A stretch of 64,000 bases of DNA from an uncultured Bacilli bacterium (GTDB lineage Bacteria > Bacillota_I > Bacilli_A > RFN20 > DUOF01): the NCBI GenBank assembly GCA_944363575.1, contig CALVUJ010000024.1, forward strand, positions 144,107 to 208,106, given 5' to 3'. Made by a program: the position numbers and the translations under genes. The notes beneath the pieces were generated by a model. The model saw only the letters and a list, made by a program, of their open reading frames with translations. It ran no database searches and was not told the origin of the DNA. This document shows, in pieces, positions 1 to 7,237 of this stretch; within the stretch, counting starts at the first letter, position 1, and the number at the start of each line of letters is the position of its first letter.

Positions 1-1062
1 TTAGATATTGATATAAAAGAAAATGAAATTGAAGAGTTACAATTAGAGGCTAGTAGAATTGCTAAGTTTAATAAACTAAATGAAAATCTTACTGGTGCGA
101 TTAGTAGGCTTGATGGAGAAAAAGGAATTAATGAATTATTATATGAAGTAAAGCATTATATAAATAATGTAAGTGATGATCCTTTGTTTACTGATTTTAG
201 TAGTAAATTAGAAGATTTGTATGAAACTAGTAAAGATATAACTAGTGACCTAAAAAATGCTTTTTATAGTCTAGATATTGATGAATCTAGAATTTCTTAT
301 ATTGAAGAAAGATTATATAAAATTAATAAGTTAAAAAGAAAATATGGTAGTTCTTATAATGATATTATAAAAGCTAAGAAAGATTATGAAGATAAAATAG
401 AATTATATGATAATCGAGAATACGTTTTAAATAAATTAAATAATGAACTTGAAGTCTGTAAAAAGGCTATGTTAGAAAAAGCTTCTAAGTTAACATTAAA
501 ACGTAAAGAAATAGCTAGTATTTTAGAGAAAAATATTGAAAAAGAATTAAAAGATTTATATTTAGATAAAACTGTCTTTAAAGTTTTTTTTAGTGAAGTA
601 GAATGTACTAAGAATGGTCAAGATAAAGTAGAGTTTATGATAAGTACTAATGTTGGAGAAACACTTCGACCTTTAAGTGTAGTAGCAAGTGGAGGAGAAA
701 CCTCTCGATTAACCTTAGGATTAAATGTTGTTTTTAATGATATTTATGGTATTTCTCTAGCTATTTTTGATGAAGTTGATAGTGGTGTCAGTGGTAAAGT
801 AGCAACCAGTGTAGGACAAAAAATTAAACAGTTATCATCTAAATATCAAACACTTGTTATCTCACATTTGCCACAAGTAATAAGTTATGCTGATTATTTT
901 TATTATGTTTATAAAAAAGTTGAAAATAATAAAACTAAGTCTTATGTTAAATTATTAGATAATAATGAAAAGATTTATGAATTAGCTAAAATTTTAAGTG
1001 GAAGTGATTTCCCATCAGATAAATTTATCGATAATGCTAAAGAATTATTAATGTATAAATAG
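1..1062 (+). CDS. recN: DNA repair protein RecN, C-terminal part (5' end lies outside the window)
   Basis: The frame is open from base 1. The C-terminal SMC-like motifs LSVVASGGETSRLTLGL, FDEVDSGVSGK and LVISHLPQVISYAD match RecN. The ORF-track start at 184 is an internal Met. Confidence 0.85.
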   Translation, partial: LDIDIKENEIEELQLEASRIAKFNKLNENLTGAISRLDGEKGINELLYEVKHYINNVSDDPLFTDFSSKLEDLYETSKDITSDLKNAFYSLDIDESRISYIEERLYKINKLKRKYGSSYNDIIKAKKDYEDKIELYDNREYVLNKLNNELEVCKKAMLEKASKLTLKRKEIASILEKNIEKELKDLYLDKTVFKVFFSEVECTKNGQDKVEFMISTNVGETLRPLSVVASGGETSRLTLGLNVVFNDIYGISLAIFDEVDSGVSGKVATSVGQKIKQLSSKYQTLVISHLPQVISYADYFYYVYKKVENNKTKSYVKLLDNNEKIYELAKILSGSDFPSDKFIDNAKELLMYK

Positions 1063-1156
1063 GAAAAAATTACCGAGTTAATTATTGTAAGTTTTAAAAT
1101 ATAATAATAGTTAAAAATATAATTGTAATCTTGCTTTCCTTTTTTGAAAGGAGAAT

Positions 1157-2170
1157 ATGATGCCTAAAAGAAGTGGATTACTTACATCGTTGTTAACTTT
1201 AATTATGCTAGTTACTTCACCAATGACTATATTTGCAAAAAATGTTTATGTTGGTGGGCAAAATATAGGAATTGAACTAAAAAGTAACGGGCTATTAATT
1301 TCAGGCACATATGATGTAAAACAACAAAACAAAACATACAATCCTAAAAGCAATAGTGATTTAAGAAAAGGTGATTTAATTATTAGCGTTGGAGAAGATA
1401 GGGTTAATTCATTAAATGATCTAGTAACTATTTTAAAAGAGAAATACGCTAATGAAGATAGTGCCCCAATAACTATTTTACGTGATGGAATAACATATAA
1501 GAAAAATTTAAAATTAATTAAAGATGAATTTGGTAATATTAAAACGGGGTTATTTATTAAAGAAAGACTATTAGGAATTGGAACAATCACTTATTACGAT
1601 CCAGAAAATAAGAGCTATGGTGCTTTAGGACACGAGATGAATGATGCTAGTTATAGCCCAAGCATTGATTTGTCTTTTGGAACTATTTATGCAAGTGATG
1701 TAACCTTAATTAGAAAAAGTAAAGATGGTGCACCAGGAGAAAAAATAGCATCCATAAATGAAGATGAAATACTAGGTGAAGTAACAAAGAACAATGAATA
1801 TGGCATTTATGGTAAATATACCGTTAATGTTGATGATTATGTTTCTTTAGAAGTAGGCGATAAAGATGATGTTAAACTTGGGAAGGCTCAAATATGGACG
1901 GTTATCCATGGAGATAAAGTAGAAAAATTTGATATAGAAATAGTGAGTGTAAAATCCCAAGAAAAACAAAGTATTAAAGGTATTTCTTTTAAAATAGTAG
2001 ATAAGAGGCTTTTAAATATAACAAATGGCATTGTAGCGGGAATGAGTGGCTCTCCAATTATCCAAGACAATAAAATTATAGGTGCAGTTACCCATGTTCT
2101 AGTTGATAAAGTAGAGTATGGTTATGGTATCTTTATTGAATGGATGCTAGAAGAGTCCAATAACTTATAG
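1157..2170 (+). CDS. spoIVB: SpoIVB peptidase (S55 family, PDZ domain plus serine peptidase)
   Basis: It has an N-terminal signal or anchor and a PDZ-like region (DLRKGDLIISVGEDRVNSL). The serine-peptidase motif GMSGSPI and a GALGHEM His region are present. The recN–spoIVB adjacency matches Bacillus and Clostridium gene order. Confidence 0.8.
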   Translation: MMPKRSGLLTSLLTLIMLVTSPMTIFAKNVYVGGQNIGIELKSNGLLISGTYDVKQQNKTYNPKSNSDLRKGDLIISVGEDRVNSLNDLVTILKEKYANEDSAPITILRDGITYKKNLKLIKDEFGNIKTGLFIKERLLGIGTITYYDPENKSYGALGHEMNDASYSPSIDLSFGTIYASDVTLIRKSKDGAPGEKIASINEDEILGEVTKNNEYGIYGKYTVNVDDYVSLEVGDKDDVKLGKAQIWTVIHGDKVEKFDIEIVSVKSQEKQSIKGISFKIVDKRLLNITNGIVAGMSGSPIIQDNKIIGAVTHVLVDKVEYGYGIFIEWMLEESNNL

Positions 2171-2207
2171 TCTAGATAGCAATATCTAGACTTTTTATAT
2201 AAAAAAA
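2154..2207 (+). repeat. 54-bp direct repeat, copy 1; it overlaps the spoIVB stop codon and contains an intrinsic terminator hairpin
   Basis: The sequence agtccaataacttatagtctagatagcaatatctagactttttatataaaaaaa is identical to 4813..4866. It contains the hairpin tctagata-gca-atatctaga followed by cttttt. Confidence 0.85.
2171..2198 (+). terminator. Rho-independent terminator after spoIVB
   Basis: An 8-bp stem TCTAGATA/TATCTAGA with a short loop is followed by a T-run. Confidence 0.6.
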
Positions 2208-2320
2208 TTTATTTGTTATGACCACAGTTTGCTAGTAAAAAAATTCATTAATTTTCATATACTAAATATTTAATAACAATTAAGATTGTATATACCTATA
2301 ATCATACATAAAGACAAATA

Positions 2321-2349
2321 TTGACAAAATATTAAAAACTTTATATTAT
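2321..2349 (+). promoter_or_regulatory. Sigma-A-like promoter (TTGACA-17-TATTAT) upstream of a leader ORF and the toxin-like gene
   Basis: TTGACA lies at 2321-2326 and TATTAT at 2344-2349, separated by a 17-nt spacer. Confidence 0.4.
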
Positions 2350-2374
2350 TAACCTAAGTTATGGAGGGTTTTAT

Positions 2375-2476
2375 ATGAATAAGAAACTCATTTATAAACT
2401 TAATAACATGTATATAATCGCAAGGGGAATTTTCCCCTTTTTTGTTACAAAAATAATGCAAGGTGTTCCACCCTGA
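2375..2476 (+). CDS. Putative 33-aa leader peptide (MNKKLIYKLNNMYIIARGIFPFFVTKIMQGVPP)
   Basis: A GGAGGG sequence sits 6 nt upstream of the ATG. The ORF is not in the six-frame track because it is too short. It contains an intrinsic terminator hairpin inside its coding sequence. Confidence 0.25.
   Translation: MNKKLIYKLNNMYIIARGIFPFFVTKIMQGVPP
2420..2446 (+). terminator. Intrinsic terminator or attenuator hairpin inside the leader ORF
   Basis: The hairpin aagggga-att-ttcccctt is followed by ttttgtt. Confidence 0.4.
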
Positions 2477-2525
2477 TAGAGTAGATTATAACTTATAAGA
2501 ATACAAAAAGGGAGGGAAAAGAAAA

Positions 2526-3590
2526 ATGAAATTAAAAAGTAAAATTATAAGTTTTGCAGTTTGTTTAAGCTTTTGTTTGGTGGCTTTATTTAATGCTATA
2601 TATTATAGAGATGAAAATATAAAAGTTCATGATACAGTTGTAAATAAAACAGATATAGATTATATGTCTTTATTAGATACATTTGATGAAAAGGAACTAA
2701 TAGTTAAAGAAGATGGGGCTAAATTAGAAGCTGTTCAATATTTAGATACTGATTTCTTTTCTGAACTAGATAATATGAGTTATAATGATGAAGTAGTTAC
2801 TAATAGTTATATTGATTATTCGTTTGATTTTAATAGTACATGTGATTTAATTATAGTAACAATTAGTTTCTATGAAAATGGTGAATTAGTTTCGGTAGAA
2901 ATAATTCAAGGTGTGCCTTTTGTTAATGAAGAAGGAAAAACTGATGCTGTTTTTAATGATGAAGGAGAAATTATTTATTTAAGTGATTTTGCCGATTTAA
3001 ATGAATTTGAAAATTGTGGCTTGTTTTCTAAATTAAAGAAAGTGGTAAAAACAATAGCACAAGTAGCAACAACAGCGACAGCTTATGCATTAGGTGCTGC
3101 GACAGTTTGTGGTGTGGTTGCAGTTACAGCAGCTTCAGCAATAGCAAGTGGTGGAGTAACTTTACCAATAGGCTTACCAGCGGTAGCAGCGACATTAGGT
3201 TGGGCGATGGTAGGCATATCTACAATAACAGGAACAACAGCAATTGGCTCATGGGGAATCACTGTGGGGATAGAAAAAACGGAAGAATCAGCAAATTCTA
3301 AAGAAGAAGATAAAGAAAAAGACTTAGAAGATAACAATAGTTCTAAAGCGGAGACTTCTCAAAACCAAATGCAAAAACAGGTGGAACGTGGACAGGCTCC
3401 TAAAGAAGTTGATAGAGTGGACAAAAAACATAATGAATATGGACAAGATCATGTTCATTTCAAAGATGGAACATCTATCAATAAAGATGGAACAGTTCAT
3501 GATAAAGGACATGGCACACCAAACTTGACAAATGATGTTCTAGATTGGCTAAATAGAAATGGATGGTGTTTAAATGGATTACAAAACTAA
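2526..3590 (+). CDS. Secreted toxin-like protein with a signal peptide, a Gly/Ala-rich glycine-zipper membrane segment, a charged linker and a His-rich C-terminal domain
   Basis: AGGGAGGG lies 9 nt upstream of the ATG. The N-terminal signal peptide is MKLKSKIISFAVCLSFCLVALF. The hydrophobic GxxxG/A stretch is AYALGAATVCGVVAVTAASAIASGGVTLPIGLPAVAATLGWAMVG. The C-terminal tail is HNEYGQDHVHF...HDKGHGTP. The 3' end overlaps the next ORF. Confidence 0.55.
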   Translation: MKLKSKIISFAVCLSFCLVALFNAIYYRDENIKVHDTVVNKTDIDYMSLLDTFDEKELIVKEDGAKLEAVQYLDTDFFSELDNMSYNDEVVTNSYIDYSFDFNSTCDLIIVTISFYENGELVSVEIIQGVPFVNEEGKTDAVFNDEGEIIYLSDFADLNEFENCGLFSKLKKVVKTIAQVATTATAYALGAATVCGVVAVTAASAIASGGVTLPIGLPAVAATLGWAMVGISTITGTTAIGSWGITVGIEKTEESANSKEEDKEKDLEDNNSSKAETSQNQMQKQVERGQAPKEVDRVDKKHNEYGQDHVHFKDGTSINKDGTVHDKGHGTPNLTNDVLDWLNRNGWCLNGLQN

Positions 3591-4008
3591 TAAAACAACT
3601 AATATTAATAAAATGGAATTTTATTCTATATTACATGATTGTGTTGTAGGAAAAATTCATTATACAAATGAAAGTTTGACATTTGATATATGGGATAATT
3701 CTAAAGTGGATGATACTCCTAAATACAATTTGAATATTCCTTTAAATAGTAAATTAGAAGATTGTGTGAATATTTATAATTATAAATTTGTTAATTACGG
3801 GGATATACAAGGAAAGGTCAATGATAGTAATGTTATTCTTAATGATTCTTTTAAGTTTCAAATTATAGATATAGGATATATGTATAACACCGTGTTTTTC
3901 AAAGGAAGCATGATTGATTCTAATGGTAATTTAGATAGAAATTACATTATAATAGAAGTTATAATAGAAGAAAATTTTGATAAATTAATCTTAAAAACGA
4001 ATATCTGA
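3574..4008 (+). CDS. Small cytoplasmic protein, candidate immunity partner
   Basis: Its start overlaps the upstream gene by 17 nt. GGATGGTG lies just upstream. It has no signal peptide. The architecture is typical of a toxin-immunity pair. Confidence 0.45.
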   Translation: MDYKTNKTTNINKMEFYSILHDCVVGKIHYTNESLTFDIWDNSKVDDTPKYNLNIPLNSKLEDCVNIYNYKFVNYGDIQGKVNDSNVILNDSFKFQIIDIGYMYNTVFFKGSMIDSNGNLDRNYIIIEVIIEENFDKLILKTNI

Positions 4009-4050
4009 TATGTTTTTTAGAATGTGTTTTAAGAGCTGTAAAAATAAGGA

Positions 4051-4764
4051 ATGATAAAATTGAAAGAAAAAAGAAATATATTAAGTCTGATAAATATAAT
4101 AATATCTAGTTTAGTATTAATAGGATTAATAATATTAATGGTTATTAATTTAAATAAGAAGGATGCTAATGATATATTTAAAGATACTTATGAAAGTATA
4201 GTAGAAGTTAAAGTAACCGAAGGTGAAGATATAGGTTATGGTAGTGGAGTAATTATTAGTGAAGATGGTAAAATAATTACTAATGCTCATGTTATTATCT
4301 ATGAAGAAGATAACTTATTTGATAAAGTAGAAATAAGATTAAGTTATGAAGATGAATACAGAGAAGTAAGTATTTTAAAATATGATAGCGATAAAGATTT
4401 AGCATTGCTTAAACTAGATAATGTAAAAGTAAAAAGTATTAAAACAAATACTGAATATAGTTATGGAGATAAAGTATATGCGATAGGTAATGGAAGCAAC
4501 TATGGTATTTCTATAACTGATGGAATAATATCTAATCCAAAGTTAACAATAGAATTAAGTGAGAGAAATGTTATAACCATACAATGTGATCTTACTATAA
4601 GTGAAGGTAATAGCGGAGGAGCATTATTAGATAACAAAGGAAGATTAATAGGAATAACTACATTTAGATTAAAAGATAGTAGCAATAAAGTAATACAGGG
4701 AATCAGTTATAGTATTCCTTATTATATAGTTAATGAATTTATTGAATGTGATAATAATTTTTAA
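4051..4764 (+). CDS. Membrane-anchored trypsin-like serine protease (S1 family, no PDZ domain)
   Basis: An N-terminal transmembrane segment is followed by the catalytic His motif TNAHVI, the Asp motif DLALLKL and the Ser motif GNSGGALL. Confidence 0.75.
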   Translation: MIKLKEKRNILSLINIIISSLVLIGLIILMVINLNKKDANDIFKDTYESIVEVKVTEGEDIGYGSGVIISEDGKIITNAHVIIYEEDNLFDKVEIRLSYEDEYREVSILKYDSDKDLALLKLDNVKVKSIKTNTEYSYGDKVYAIGNGSNYGISITDGIISNPKLTIELSERNVITIQCDLTISEGNSGGALLDNKGRLIGITTFRLKDSSNKVIQGISYSIPYYIVNEFIECDNNF

Positions 4765-4812
4765 CAAAAAGTATCTCAACTAGAATACACTAGTATTATA
4801 TAATTAAATATA

Positions 4813-4866
4813 AGTCCAATAACTTATAGTCTAGATAGCAATATCTAGACTTTTTATATAAAAAAA
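4813..4866 (+). repeat. 54-bp direct repeat, copy 2 (identical to 2154..2207), including a terminator hairpin
   Basis: It is a perfect 54/54 match to copy 1 and sits immediately upstream of addB. Confidence 0.85.
4830..4857 (+). terminator. Rho-independent terminator (second copy)
   Basis: The same hairpin tctagata-gca-atatctaga is followed by cttttt. Confidence 0.6.
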
Positions 4867-4900
4867 ATGATTTCTTTGCTATAATAAAAAAGGTGATTAT

Positions 4901-7237
4901 ATGCCATATAAATCTTATTTACAAGATAACACTTGCTTTATAGTTCCTAATTCCTTAAAACAGGAAATACTTTTTTATATATCAAATAATAAATTATTAG
5001 TTAATGTTTCTTTTTATAATATTGAAGAAGTAAAAAGAAATCTTTTTTTTGATTATGATGAAAAGACTATTTATATGTTAGCTACTCATTATCACCTTTC
5101 TTATGATGATGCCAAACTATATATAGAAAACATGTATTACTTAAATGATAAAAAACTAAACCATTTCAAAGTAACTAAATTACAAGAAATGAAAGCATAT
5201 CTAGATCAAAATAATTTATTAAAATATAACCCTACTTTTATAAATAATTTAAATAAGAAAAAAATTATTACAAGTTATTCTAAAACTTCCTTTTTTAATG
5301 AAAAGATTTTTTCTTTATTAAATAATGTAACTTATCTTCATAATGAAATTAGTGAAGAAAAAGAAATTTATGAATTTAATTTTATTGAAGAAGAAGTAGA
5401 GTTTATCGCTAATAAAATAGCTAGTTTAATAGATTCAAAAGTCAATATAAATAACATAAAATTAGTAAATGTAAAAGAAGAAGATCTTTTATTTATAAAA
5501 AAAATCTTTTCCTTTTTTAATATCCCTCTTCAACTAAATAATAGCACTAATAGCTATGAAACAGAGATTATCAAATATTTTATCAATAATTTAAAAGAAA
5601 CAAATGATTTAACTTTATCTTTAAATAATTTTAAAGAAAAATATCCTTTAATAAATACAAGAAACAACGATTTTTATAATCTAATAATTAACGTTATGAA
5701 TAAATTTTACTATATAACTGATTATAAAAAGGATCTTACTTATTTAATTGAAGAATTTAAAAAACAATATATAAGAGAAGAAAAATTAGCAAATTGCATA
5801 GAAATCATCTCTTTAGAAGAAATGAATAATAATGATAATTACTACTTTTTAATGGGTTTTAATAGTTATTTTCCTTTTCTATATAAAGATGAAGACTATT
5901 TAAGTGATAAAATAAAATTAGAATTAGGCTTTAAAACAAGTACTTATATCAATAAAGAAATCAAAAAATATACATTAAATAAAATAAAAGAAACTAAAAA
6001 TATTATTATTAGTTACAAATTAAAAGATTACTTTAACTCCTATCATATTTCTACTTTAATTGATGATTTATCTTACAATTTACATCAAAATTATCAAAAT
6101 AATAATGACTTTAGTTATTCTTCAAAATATGACAAACTAAAATTATCCAAATACTTAGATGAATTTTATAAATATTCGTATAAAAATAGTGAACTAGAAA
6201 AATTATATTCTAGTTATAAAGGGGATTATTATAATAGTTATGATAATCGGTTTAAGGGATTAGAAAAAAATAAATTTATAAATTATTTAAATAATGAATT
6301 AACATTATCTTATACTTCCTTAGATGACTTTTATAATTGCTCTTTTAAATATTATCTTACAAATTTACTAAAAGAGAATACACCAACTTTTGCTTCTAGT
6401 ATTGGCAATCTTTTTCATTATGTTTTATCTAAAATGTATCAAAAAGATTTTGATTTTGAAAAAGTTTATAACGAATATTTAAATACTTTAAACTTACTTG
6501 AAAAAGAAAAAGTTTTATTAATCAAAATTAAAGAAACTTTAAAAAAAGATATTGATATTTTAAATGAACAAATAAATAAAAGTTCTTTTGTTAAATGTAG
6601 ATGCGAAGAAAACATTAAAATTAACATTAAAAGTTCTATTTCGGTTATTTTAAAAGGATATATTGACAAGATTATGTTAACGGATGATTATAAAAAAGCT
6701 TATATTGTTGATTATAAGACAGGAAATCCTAAATTTAGTTTTGACTATTTAGAAAACGGGTTATATATGCAACTTGCTATATACATGTATTTATTAAATA
6801 AAAGTAAAGAATACGCTGATGTTTTTTTAGTGGGTTGCTACTTACAAAAAATACTCGATGATGATTTAAATAAAGAAGAATTAAAGTTAGAAGGGTATAC
6901 TTTTAATGATTTAAATATCGTACAAGAAATTGATCACAATTATCAATCTGGCAGTTTTATTAAAGGTATAAAAGCAACTAAAGATGGTGGATTAGGAATG
7001 TATGCAAAAACCTTTAATAGTGACACTTATAAACAAATTATTGAAACAATTGGTCGTAAGGTTAAAGAAGCTATTAATGATATTATTGATAATAAGTTTA
7101 CTATTAACCCTAAAATTGTTAATGGGAACAATATTTCTTGTAAATATTGTGAATTTAAAGATATTTGTTATCGTAAATATCAGGATTATATTAGAATTGT
7201 AAAGGAAGGTGATGAAGATGAGCAAGAATTGGACTAA
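4901..7237 (+). CDS. addB: ATP-dependent helicase/nuclease subunit B (AddB/RexB), compact form
   Basis: The RecB-like nuclease motif YIVDYKTGNP is present. The C-terminal CKYCEFKDIC plus an upstream Cys match the AddB Fe-S Cys pattern. It overlaps addA by 29 nt. At 778 aa it is much shorter than Bacillus AddB. Confidence 0.8.
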   Translation: MPYKSYLQDNTCFIVPNSLKQEILFYISNNKLLVNVSFYNIEEVKRNLFFDYDEKTIYMLATHYHLSYDDAKLYIENMYYLNDKKLNHFKVTKLQEMKAYLDQNNLLKYNPTFINNLNKKKIITSYSKTSFFNEKIFSLLNNVTYLHNEISEEKEIYEFNFIEEEVEFIANKIASLIDSKVNINNIKLVNVKEEDLLFIKKIFSFFNIPLQLNNSTNSYETEIIKYFINNLKETNDLTLSLNNFKEKYPLINTRNNDFYNLIINVMNKFYYITDYKKDLTYLIEEFKKQYIREEKLANCIEIISLEEMNNNDNYYFLMGFNSYFPFLYKDEDYLSDKIKLELGFKTSTYINKEIKKYTLNKIKETKNIIISYKLKDYFNSYHISTLIDDLSYNLHQNYQNNNDFSYSSKYDKLKLSKYLDEFYKYSYKNSELEKLYSSYKGDYYNSYDNRFKGLEKNKFINYLNNELTLSYTSLDDFYNCSFKYYLTNLLKENTPTFASSIGNLFHYVLSKMYQKDFDFEKVYNEYLNTLNLLEKEKVLLIKIKETLKKDIDILNEQINKSSFVKCRCEENIKINIKSSISVILKGYIDKIMLTDDYKKAYIVDYKTGNPKFSFDYLENGLYMQLAIYMYLLNKSKEYADVFLVGCYLQKILDDDLNKEELKLEGYTFNDLNIVQEIDHNYQSGSFIKGIKATKDGGLGMYAKTFNSDTYKQIIETIGRKVKEAINDIIDNKFTINPKIVNGNNISCKYCEFKDICYRKYQDYIRIVKEGDEDEQELD

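Noticed and set aside
1133-1156. Hairpin tccttttttgaaagga overlapping the spoIVB ribosome-binding site
   Set aside because: The stem is only 6 bp and the loop is T-rich. It could be a weak terminator for recN or sequester the ribosome-binding site, but it is too weak to call.
1246-1590. Antisense ORFs embedded in annotated genes: 1246-1590, 1888-2070, 3083-3337, 3107-3301, 3324-3512, 4500-4685, 6466-6669, 6992-7477, 7002-7202, 8658-8861, 13353-13538, 14575-14814, 20663-20884, 21047-21274, 29948-30139, 30942-31181, 34990-35208, 38358-38576, 38744-38944, 38925-39125, 41268-41471, 41576-41794, 43041-43436, 43604-43789, 44003-44197, 45752-45943, 47441-47689, 53503-53733, 54203-54430, 57775-57981 and 58114-58389
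   Set aside because: They lie wholly inside or opposite well-supported genes. They are low-complexity or hydrophobic, as expected from the reverse complement of AT-rich coding sequence. None has a ribosome-binding site.
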